This document shows, piece after piece, positions 37,801 to 46,265 of a stretch of DNA of 48,921 bases. The notes under the pieces were generated by a model. That model searched no databases, was not told where the DNA came from, and saw only the letters and a list, made by a program, of their open reading frames with translations. Source of the stretch: Euglena gracilis (taxonomy: Eukaryota). The number at the start of each line of letters is the position of its first letter. Positions within the stretch are counted from its first letter, which is position 1. Made by a program: the position numbers and the translations under genes. Where the stretch lies: the NCBI GenBank assembly GCA_039621445.1, contig CP154954.1, positions 29,769,411-29,818,331 of the forward strand. Reading direction: 5' to 3'.

Positions 37801-40800
37801 GTCAAAGTTGGCCAAAATTTGGTCAAACTTCTTTGGCCAAATTTTTGGCAATTTTGGGTCATTTCGGTTAACTCTTGGCAAAATGGTGGCCAAAAAAGTG
37901 ACAAACAGTCAGGCCAATTGGCCGAAAGTACCAGCGGATTTTGGATTTTTGGAAGGGGGGTAAGGTGGTAGGGGGGGGGGTCCTCCCACCCCCCCCAGTT
38001 TCGGAAGGGTGTCCCCCCCTCCTCCTCTGCGGAGGCAAAAAAAAAATCGCGCTGGGAGTGCACTTTAGGACTTTTTTTGAGGCTAAACATGAAATTTTGG
38101 CAAAATGGCCAAAAATGACCATAAATCGGGACAGGTGGAGAGTTGTCAGAAAATCAATATACTGTTAGATAGTGCTTTTTAAGGGCTTCAATTTAGGTAT
38201 TAGTCATTTCTTTTGATTCTCCACCATTTTTGAGAAATTTCAGAAAAATTGACCTTTTGACCCCCCAAAAAGCGGCCGAAATTTTCGGCGACCGAAAACT
38301 GGAGATGGGCCGGCCCCCCCCCCCCAGTTTCAGAAGGGGTCCCCCCCCCTCGGAGATTCCCATACAACCCTGCCCCCCCCCCCCACCTCTTCCCGTATTT
38401 CCGGGAGCACCAATTTTTGTACCCCGAAATTTTTTGACCTATTTTGGGACCCGAAATGGGGATCCCCCCCCAAAACCCCGCAAACCCCATTTTTTTTTCA
38501 CACCTTCCAAAATTTCAACATTTCTCAAAATTTTGACTTTGAGAGGTTTTTGAAGCAAAAAAATGCCATTGAAAATCCAAAAAATTCCCAAAGAGAAAAA
38601 CTCTCAGTAAAATTCGAATGCTCCAAAAGTTGGTCCTATTTTTTGACCTGCATTTTTTTGATCCCCCTCCTAATAACTAACAATTTTCAACCCTAAAATT
38701 TTGGAGATTTTTTTTTTTTGGTGAAAATGTGGTTTTCCATCAAAAAACGATGTATTTTGGGTTCATTTTTCAAAGTAATTTTCAAAAAAGTTCCCCGACC
38801 AAAATCCTTATTTTTCGGTTGAAGTGTATTGGGACAGAATTTTTTTTGCTTAAGGACCGCCCTGGCTTTAAGGCGTAAATTTTCAGATTTTCAAGGTTTT
38901 TTAAGGCGGGTTTTAAGGGTTTTAAGGTTCCCAAAGGCATTTTTCAAAATTTTAAGGCGTCTGTTTTCCAAGGGAAGTCCACCCGGCATCAAACGTCCAA
39001 AATCCATCCAAAAACGAAAAATTCGTAAACCTCGTTTTTTCGAGTTTGGGTGGGTAGAGAATGTTCCAGCGATGCCAGAAATTCTTTTTTCCCCTGGAGT
39101 TGGCTTGTTTTGCCCAGATTTTGCAAGCTCATTTTCTGCTTGAATTTCAAAAAATTTGCCAAATGATTTTCTTTTAAGGTTCTTGAACGTTTTTAAGGCG
39201 TTTTGGCCAAAAAACTTAAGGCTTTTTTAAAGGTCTTAAAAAAAATAACCCCTGGGAGGCACCCCTCACCTACAGCCAGGCCCCCTCCTTACATTAAACC
39301 GTGTCCTCCACCATTCAGCACACCAGTTGCAACTTTGTGGGAACGTTTTAAAGAATATGAAAACTGCTTTGCACGTTGAAATGAAAATGCATGCTTTCAA
39401 GCGTTCCTTTTTCAGATTTGTCGATTTCATCTGATGCATTTTCCTCTCATGTTTCTTTGTAAATAAGGATTTGGCATTCAAAGCAAATGAATAAAATATA
39501 TCACAGAAATAATTGAGCGAAACTGGGGCGTCGCTAGCAGCCTTTGCCCCCCCCTGGGGCCGGGAACTGGGACCCCATTTTTTTGAAATCTGACAGATTT
39601 TTGCCCCAAAAGTACCCAAAATCGCATTTTTTGTGGTCAATATTGGTGGGAGGTAATTTCTCTGTTGACCTTGAAAAGGCTCACAATACAGAAACTGCAG
39701 AAAAATAGGGGAACTGCAAGAAATGCACTCAGGATTACTGCAGGGCCACAGGGGGATAAGAAACGCTTCCAAAATTAAATCCAGGCTGGATAAATCAAAA
39801 TTTGAATAGCATAGTGCTTTTCTACCAGAGTTCAACCCCGGAAGGTGGGAGGGTCCGGACTCCTTCAAATTGTCATTGCCCCCCCCCCCTTCTGGCTCTG
39901 GGGTGTGGCATTGGGGAATGAGGCGGCCTCGGGCCTGCCAGGGAGGTGTCAGCGGCGGAGGACTACTCGAACCCGCCGGGGTTCCCCAGCCGAAAGCCGG
40001 GCAAAGGGGGCGGCTCACTGTGGGACCGAGTGCAGGGTGTGTACCCCTCAGCCTCGCCCTGCTCCTGTCGCTGCTTGACGCTGTCCCAATGCCCGCCCTG
40101 TCCCAACCCCTGTCGGTCGTGGTGGCTCTCCTCGTTAGGGGCTTCGTCTTTAGACAGGCTGGATTTCAAGTGTGGATAACCTGGGTGCCCCAAGGTCAGA
40201 CCAGGGTGCCCCAAGGCACCCTGACCTGATCCTCCCATCTGGGGGGGGGGTTATGGTCAATCTGGTTCTCTTGGTTCTCTTGCGCTCTGACACCTCCTGG
40301 ACTCTTATCTTGTTGCTGTTCTGGCTCTGTCGTTTGATTGTGGCTGGGCCGCATCCACTTTTTTCCAGATTGTTGAACATGCCAATTTCGTGTTCCCCCC
40401 TCCCTCACCACTAGCGTCAATGCTAGTCCCGCACAGTTTACAATTAGAAGCAATATATTGAAGTGTAACCCTGGGTTTTGAAAATCTGCTACAACCTCCA
40501 ATTTCCCCCTCGTTTCAACATTTTCCCCATTGTCATCAGGTCTGGCTCACCCCTATATATGACTAGGCACCAGCAAATATTCACAACACATCCTGAACAG
40601 CTTCCGACATCGGAGCACAGTTTTTTCCTGCACCGTCCCCTGTAGTACAGCAGCCACCACAGCACACCGTTTCCCATCGCACCACAATCACATCCCCCAT
40701 CAAGGCACCACGCAACACATTTTAGTTCAGGGAAAAAGATGCCTCCTCATGATTCTGTTCTGGTGTGCTGCCAGTCCTCTCTTTGCGCTGAAATTTTTTT

Positions 40801-41971
40801 GGAATTTTTTTTTACAAATCTTTACCCCAAAAGTTCCAAAGGTCCTGCACAAAAAGCGCCGGGGTGAAAATTTGGCCTTTTTGGCCGTGGTCCCACCCCA
40901 CCCATTTGACCAGGGGGGGTTCCAAACCCACCCGTCCCACCCCCTTTTATAAAAAACCCTGGGGAGAGGTCAACGTCCCCACCAGGCACTCCTGCACAGG
41001 GAATGCCCCCACACCGTGCGCACCGCGTGTGACACCGCGTTCACCGTGTGGCGCACCACGTGGCGCATCACGTACACTGTGTGAGAAGAACCATTCCCAT
41101 TTGTAAAATTTTCACAAATTTTTACCGAACCCTATTTTCTGGTTCTTTTTTTTTTGCTGGTTTCTTACAAATCGGCCACTTTTGGCTGTTCTGAGCCACT
41201 TTTTGGCCATTTTAGGCCACTTTTGGCCACCTTCGGCCATTTTGGGTTGCATTTGGCAATTAAGGTCAACCTTTGGCCCGTTTTCAGCCACCTTTTTTTT
41301 GGCCCATTTTTCACTGTTTTGGCTGCTTCTGGCGTTTTTGTCCATCTGTGGCTATTTTGGACCACTTTTTTGCTGCATTTAGCAGCTTTTTTTTTTGTAC
41401 AGATGATGTGGCCATTGTCATAGACATGTTGAGATGTGGTGGAAACACCACTCAATTTTGGCCAAAAAAAGACAGGTAAAATGACCAAAGTCACCCCATA
41501 TTGCAATCATTTTCACGGGTGGTTCTTCTTTCAAAAAGTCATTTTAGTTTTTATAAGATTCTTGTCCCACAGTGCCACACAACGTTGATGCTGCAGTGCA
41601 GAAACATCACCACGCCCTACCCACAACCCATTGTCGATGGTTGCAGTTCCTACAGACTGTTGCCCAGTATTGCACTCATGTACAATTATAAATATCGGAA
41701 CATCTCGCAGTTTGTCAAATCATTGGTCGTCGGATGTGCACCCCATCAGCAACAAAATTCCCGGTTGCCAAGACACTCATCCCCCTCCCCCCCTCTGCAG
41801 GTGTCCTGCCGGGCCCTGCTGATATTGGCAACGAGGGTCCCCAGGCACTGTACAAGGGTAACCCACAACAGGCACAGCCACCTACCCAAGGCAACCCAGA
41901 GGACTGGGGCGGTCCCCCTATGCCCTCTGGTGTTTTCAATGACATCAACAAGGACAATAATTCGGACAACT

Positions 41972-42007
<36 letters not shown>

Positions 42008-42500
42008 TGGGTGTGGGTGTCCGCACGCCTGTGTGTGTGTGTGTGTGTGTCTGCATGCATGCGTGCGTGTGTGCGTGCGTGCGTGTGCATGTTTGCGTGC
42101 ATGCATGCATGGATGTGCTTGTGTCTGTATGTGTGTATGTGCTTGTGTTTGCAGGTGATTGATGTATGGGAAGGTCTATCTGTGTGCATGTGTGTGTATG
42201 TATTGGCATGCATGACCTCATTTGACACCTAAGCATGTGTCCGTGGGCTTGTGTGTCTGTGTGCTGGATTATTCTTGTTTTTGCCTGAACCCAGCCATTT
42301 TCGCCCAGGCGCAGAGAGGCTTCAATGGATCGTATATGTGCCCAACACTGCGCAGTGTGCCAAGGCAAGTTGACAATTACAAAGCCAGTTGACAGTTTTC
42401 CACGCTGCCCTCCACCCCCCCCCCCCCGCCTACCTACCCGCCTGCCTCCCGCCTCAGGGCTTGGCGGGGCAAGCGGAGGCCGCGCCGTGCCGCATATTGA
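25567..42500 (+). CDS. Multi-exon gene: Pro-rich N-terminus, two tandem RRM domains, low-complexity C-terminus (ELAV/Hu-CELF-RBMS-like RNA-binding protein)
   Basis: Join of 29417-29721, 29978-30005, 31536-31585, 31964-32144, 32818-32996, 33823-33868, 34736-34931, 35657-35727, 39829-39870, 39926-40036, 41801-41972 and 42458-42500 is phase-consistent and stop-free. It gives RRM1 (TNLYISNLP...SPIGFVQYTTSGMAQAAVTAMNG...FIRVKLA) and RRM2 (SDLYICNLP...GSGMVRY...AAIQGLN...PIEVKYA). Exons upstream of 29417 are only partly resolved. Confidence 0.85.
26760..26962 (+). CDS. Candidate Pro-rich N-terminal exon (…TVASQSLTPLPPAVGLSGPLHLAPPSLL…GTLFSG)
   Basis: cactccag| acceptor; sequence conserved between duplicates, which diverge shortly after the ggg|gtcc donor. 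Phase linkage to neighbours unresolved. Confidence 0.45.
27455..28238. mobile_element. CAGGGGGGG...CCCCCTG MITE with 7-bp TSD aacattg (copy 2)
   Basis: aacattg at 27448-27454 and 28239-28245; intact CAG and CTG termini. Confidence 0.9.
29417..29721 (+). CDS. Exon: Pro/Ala-rich segment plus first half of RRM1 (…TNLYISNLPDRITKEGLKELFSAHGTVMSCRVARKQGQSP)
   Basis: RNP2 motif LYISNL; frame open back to a stop at 29413-29415, so the start is approximate. Confidence 0.9.
29722..29977 (+). other. Nonconventional (non-GT-AG) intron, CAT/ATG stem
   Basis: 5' agcCATcccattgctgac pairs with 3' gtcaacaatggcATGatggt; CAT at +4..+6, ATG at -8..-6; Y|R at both junctions; removal builds RNP1 SP|IGFVQY. Confidence 0.85.
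29978..30005 (+). CDS. 28-nt exon encoding RNP1 of RRM1 (IGFVQYTTS)
   Basis: atc ggc ttt gtg caa tac aca aca tca g|gtcc; phase 1 matches acceptor ccccctcccag|gg at 31535. Confidence 0.85.
30978..31508. mobile_element. CAGGGGGGG...CCCCCTG MITE with 7-bp TSD cgttgtg, in a GT-AG intron
   Basis: TIR cagggggggggaaattgatatc / gatatcaatttcccccccccctg; cgttgtg at 30971-30977 and 31509-31515; (TTTCCGCAA)n arrays. Confidence 0.92.
31536..31585 (+). CDS. 50-nt exon, RRM1 helix 2 (GMAQAAVTAMNGMMVDD)
   Basis: Typical RRM AxxAxxxMNG motif; not shown in the ORF track. Confidence 0.9.
31586..31963 (+). other. Nonconventional intron, CAG/CTG stem
   Basis: gac|agcCAGggagg ... ccaccCTGcgggc|ggc; CAG at +4..+6, CTG at -8..-6; gives MNGMMVDD|GRFIRVKLA. 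Confidence 0.9.
31964..32144 (+). CDS. Exon: end of RRM1, linker, first half of RRM2
   Basis: GRFIRVKLADHDKDKGVTSRPSSDLYICNLPDSWSYAELHSTFARYGKVYSLTMFKDSET; donor g|gtgcct. Confidence 0.93.
32818..32996 (+). CDS. Exon: second half of RRM2 (alternative end 33002)
   Basis: tgttcag|gg acceptor in phase 1; GGNIGSGMVRYSSTAEATAAIQGLNMLQLPGMDRPIEVKYAESRAEKDRRVANRMDNEEE. Confidence 0.9.
32997..33170 (+). other. Candidate nonconventional intron abutting a GT donor
   Basis: gatCAGgtcgat ... atcgacCTGaccag|gtttgg; 10-bp perfect inverted repeat tcaggtcgat/atcgacctga in the +4/-8 register. Confidence 0.6.
33823..33868 (+). CDS. 46-nt exon (PLPQPEPPRWNEYQW)
   Basis: ctccttgcag| acceptor in phase 0; frame joins the next exon through a stem-closed intron. 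Confidence 0.7.
33908..34225. mobile_element. hAT-like MITE with 8-bp TSD gtccgaag, nested in a nonconventional intron
   Basis: TIR cagacaatttttt / aaaaaattgtatg; gtccgaag at 33900-33907 and 34226-34233. Confidence 0.88.
34461..34615. repeat. (CATTG/CATTA)n pentanucleotide microsatellite
   Basis: Directly visible. Confidence 0.95.
34736..34931 (+). CDS. Exon (QPTQRPPPAESSSSGGGSSGQLATPPNVPAQDMAAVQAFSRIMNLNATTGNAKQSLMCLNNGLQLR)
   Basis: GC3-rich open frame; donor cg|gtgtgc in phase 2 matches the acceptor at 35656. Confidence 0.75.
34965..35041. repeat. (CCTTA)n pentanucleotide microsatellite
   Basis: Directly visible. Confidence 0.95.
35657..35727 (+). CDS. 71-nt exon (GEVDPAADHTDDTSQDLMGVLCS)
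   Basis: ttctctgccacag|g acceptor and g|gtaggg donor; phases match both neighbours. Confidence 0.65.
35987..36523. mobile_element. CAGGGGGGG...CCCCCTG MITE with near-perfect 7-bp TSD (ctggcag/ctggaag)
   Basis: TIR cagggggggaatatgcaacttg / caagttgcatacccccccccccctg; flanks 35980-35986 and 36524-36530. Confidence 0.82.
36790..39254. mobile_element. hAT-like element (outer), CAGGGG...CCCCTG, 8-bp TSD ggaggcac
   Basis: ggaggcac at 36782-36789 and 39255-39262; termini cagggggtatt / aataacccctg. Confidence 0.88.
36809..38864. mobile_element. hAT-like element (inner, nested), CAGGGCGGTCC...GGACCGCCCTG, 8-bp TSD gctttaag
   Basis: gctttaag at 36801-36808 and 38865-38872; perfect 11-bp TIR; contains further related repeats (~36890-37270 resembles ~38410-38780). 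Confidence 0.9.
39829..39870 (+). CDS. 42-nt exon (EFNPGRWEGPDSFK)
   Basis: gcttttctaccag|ag acceptor in phase 1 matches the donor at 35727. Confidence 0.6.
39871..39925 (+). other. 55-nt nonconventional intron, CAT/ATG stem
   Basis: tgtCATtgcccc pairs with ggggaATGaggcg|g; removal shifts into the frame that stays open through the next three exons. Confidence 0.65.
39926..40036 (+). CDS. Exon (CLGPAREVSAAEDYSNPPGFPSRKPGKGGGSLWDRVQ)
   Basis: Same frame as ORF 39946; donor g|gtgtgt in phase 1. Confidence 0.65.
41801..41972 (+). CDS. Exon (GVLPGPADIGNEGPQALYKGNPQQAQPPTQGNPEDWGGPPMPSGVFNDINKDNNSDN)
   Basis: ccctctgcag|gt acceptor in phase 1; donor tg|gtgtgt at the start of the GT microsatellite. 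Confidence 0.68.
41973..42200. repeat. (GT)n / (GCAT/GCGT)n compound microsatellite
   Basis: Directly visible. Confidence 0.95.
42458..42500 (+). CDS. Putative last coding exon (WAWRGKRRPRRAAY*)
   Basis: cctcccgcctcag|g acceptor in phase 2; TGA at 42498-42500; basic KRRPRR tail. Confidence 0.6.
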
Positions 42501-44619
42501 GGCCGCGATGGTGGCGCCGCAGTTGCTGGCCACCGCTCTCTGCCACCGCTCCCCCACCGGTGCTTGTCGGAATTGGTTGCGCCAGGAAGGCAATATTTCA
42601 TTTGTTTTTGTGGTTTGCATTTCTTTGGGATGTGAAAAATGGGAGAGATTTTTCGCCTTTTTTTGCTTTTTTTGGAGATAACCCCCCAAATGATATTCCC
42701 CCTGAAACATTATGTGGAGTCCATCCCCAGGGGGGGATATTGTTTGGGGGGATATTATTAAATAATTTTTGTCTTTTTCTGTGGCAGAATTTGACCTTGA
42801 AATCGGTTGTAACCCCCCCCCCCCTCACTTATAACCCCCCCGGGGGTTATAGGATCCTGTTTAGTGGTTGGCCCCAAGGGGGGGGTTATAAGTGGGGGGG
42901 TTACAGCCTTGGCGGATCTCTTTGCCTTCTCATGTCTTCCCGGGGGGGGGGGGGGTTATAAGCCACGGTTTAGTGGTTGGGCCCGAGGGGGGGGGTTATA
43001 AGTGGAAGGGGGGTTATAGGATGGGGGGGGTTATAAGTGGGGGGTCGGGTTTATATATTTTTGTCAAATTCCATCTTTGGTGCAATTTTTATGTCTCAGA
43101 AAGGCGCATTTTTGCTTTCCAACTAGAACGTGGCTGAAATCATGAAAATCTTTTTACAAAAATATTATTATTCCAACCATCACAAAGCACATGTTTTTCT
43201 TGACATCAGTGTGGGGGGGGGGGATATCACATTGGGCTACCAAAATCAGGTCCCGTGGTGATATTATTTTTTTGGGTGCTTTGTTTGAGTAATGTTTAAC
43301 GACACATGCAATGTTGCTAAATTATCTTTCGAAGATCTCTTCCACACATCAAACAACTGGCTGAGTTCGATGGAAGAAGGTACCCAGTCCCAGTGGGGTT
43401 GGACCCCACCAGGATACCCAGGGGAGAAAAAATTGTGCACCAACAATTTTTTCCCATTTTTCGCCAATTTTCCCCAATTGGTGTGTTGATTTCGGATCCA
43501 TTCAAAAATGCATCTCGGGCACTGCGCCACCGCCCCCCCCCCCCTCCAGCCTCCCTTCCTCCTCTCTGCCCAGACATCCTCTCTTCTGACCCAAATCCCA
43601 ACATTCCAGTGCCAGGCCCAGCTTGTTTTGCACCCCAGAAGGCACAGTCAACTGACGTGTGGAAAAATCCATTTGGGCGACACACAGATTCACTCCCTCG
43701 CCCAAATTCAAAGCGTGCACGTTGATTCCCAAGGTAGAAAAAAGCGGGAGGTTTTCATTTTGGGCCATTGAGTGTTCGTATCAGTGGAGTGTTGAATGAA
43801 TGGCGTTCCCTCAGAACAAAAAGATTTGGTCTGGAGTCCTGATCAAACGTTTGTGGTCGAATTCCAGTCTCAGTCATTTACCACAGCGTCGAAGGATTTA
43901 TATTATAAAAACAATGGAGGCATACTTTATCCCATCAGCAAGTGAATGGGCTGGTTATAGGGGCATTTATTTGCCCAGACGTTTTTTATTGCTTATGTCT
44001 TTGTCATTTGCTAGACAAGATTACTCTGGTCGGATTTTTTTGGGCAAAACATTTGCCAAAACAATATGAGCCAATTTCATGTTTAAGCTGGGCATTGGGA
44101 GATGGTAGTTTAGACAGTCTACACCAGGAAATTCCTCTCTCGTCCAATAATTACAAGGAGAATGCACAAGAGTCATGTCTGTTGGACCAAGGATGTGTTT
44201 TGCTCAACTGGAGAAGGAAACCGAATGTCTTGTAATGGGAAAAGCCCAAAGAAAACATGTTTGGCGTCGTTTCTCTGCCACTTTTTGTTCGGATATTAAG
44301 GTGTGCCAAGGTTGGGGCAGCGTCATATGGACTCATGACACAAGGTGGACAGAAATTATTGTGCACAAGAATTACAGTAAAAGAATATTACGTTGATTCT
44401 GGAAAATTGATTTTGGGTTTACTTTATTTCCCCCAAACTGTCTACCGTATTTTTTTGTCTGCCCTGAAAGGTGGTCAGCAAATTTGTCAATTTTGTATTC
44501 GGAAGCCATCCCCCCCACTTCACCGGGCTGCCCCCCCCCACTTTACGTTCGCATGCAGATGCTTTGGGAGGGGGGGGGCAGGTCTCAGCTGGGCCAGGAC
44601 CCCTGCTGGGCTATCCCCC

Positions 44620-46265
44620 TCGTTGGCTAAACACCCCCCGGGGCCACCAGAAGCGTTGCTGGATGGAGCCTGCCCGCCCGCATGGTGCTGCCCCTCCCGA
44701 TGGCCCTGCCACACACGAGGGTGGGTGGGAGCCAGTGGACGGAAAGAGAAAGAGAAAGATGCTCTCACGTGAACGTCCCCTCCGTCAACCAGACCCCCCT
44801 CTTTTGTCACCCCCTTTCAAATTGCCCCCCCCCCTGCAAGCTAACTGCGTGCAAAAGTGCGCTGCAGAAAGTGACAACATAAAGGGGGGAGCAGTAGTAA
44901 TAGTAACCTCCCAACTGTCGCCCCCCCCGTCACCAACCAAAGGGGTGACAAACAGGGGCATCACATTAAGGTGCGGTTCAGGTGGACATCTCTCCCATTT
45001 GACCATAGGGGGGTCCGAGCCTCCACCCGGCCTCTCTGCAACCCTTATTCAACGTATCCCATGCAATACAGGCTGGACAGTGCCCACTTTTGTCTCAGAA
45101 TCCCTCCCAAAACTGATAAGAAACCGCAGGAATTCATAAGGTTTCCTCCCTATGGGTTCTATGAGGACACCCCCCAGCGAAGTGAGCCACTTCGGCACAA
45201 ATTCTACAGAAGCCCAGGAATGCCCCCCTTTTCAGGCAACGTTCTCCCCCCCCCCTGCCAACGCATGGGGCTGTCTATATCCAGGGCACCCCTACAATCC
45301 CCAACTCCGGGGTCTCCAGCGACAAATCTCGACAAACCCCGACGAATCCCGACAACACTTTTTTTGGCCCTCTGGAGGGGCGGATTCTGGCAAATCCCGA
45401 CAAATCCTGACAAATCCTGACAACACCACCAAAGTACCAAGTTTCTGGAGGTTCTTGCCCAGGGTTGGTACAAAGCAGCCCCCCCAAAAAAACATGCCAG
45501 CCCTCTCCAGTTATGGGGCTGGTAGCACCAGTGGGCGACCGAACGGCGGGGGCCAGCCGGCTGCCTGGATGGATTTCCCTCTCCCCCTCTGCCGAGTCAA
45601 TATCCCTCCCAAGGGATCCCCACCCTTGCCTTGCGCGGACCCAAAGAAGGGTTTGCCGCCCGGGCCGATGTTGGCTGGCTGTCCCTGCCCCCCAATGGCA
45701 GTCCCTTCCTTTTGCCCCCCCCCCCCTCTGCTGTGCGGAATTGTTTGGGCGGAATGGGTTGAGCTGTGCCAAACATGCTGTTTACCTTCCCGCAGGCTGG
45801 TGAGTGGCTCGATTGATTGCAGGACACTGCACAGGGTGAAGGTCGTGAAATTGGGAGCCAGGTGCACAGCGGCGGATGGGCTGGATTTTCCTCCCTTTTT
45901 TTTGCGGTTCCAGGCGAGTTGAGGGATAGTTTCCAACATCAAATTCTCCATCATTTGGACTCAAGGATTCTGGATTCTAATGAAAAGAGGTGTTTGTTTG
46001 CCGCCCTGTCCCCTCCCTCCCTCTCTTGCTTCTTTGGGGGGGATTGTCCCCGGCACCATCCCTGGGACCCCCATGTTTGCTACTTGGGCTGCGCCTCCCT
46101 CAACCCAATCCCCACCCTGCGCAGGGCTGCAGCATGGCCTGCGTGCAAAAGGCGCACTCCCTGCGGGTCTATGTCCTGCCCACTGCCTGTTCCCTGACCG
46201 GTCCAAGATTTCTGCCTGGAGAAGTACACGCATGACCCACACCCCGCCTGAAGGCTGCAGTTCTT
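44620..46265 (+). mobile_element. Possible decayed non-LTR retrotransposon remnant interrupted by small repeats
   Basis: FFGGDCPRHHPWD (~46030-46068) resembles the GDFNAHHPxW motif of LINE APE endonucleases; upstream RCGSGGHL resembles a decayed CCHC knuckle. Many frameshifts; boundaries approximate. Confidence 0.35.

Noticed and set aside
41715-42710. 331-aa minus-strand ORF and His-Thr / Cys-Val ORFs
   Set aside because: Microsatellite translation artefacts, antisense to better-supported exons.
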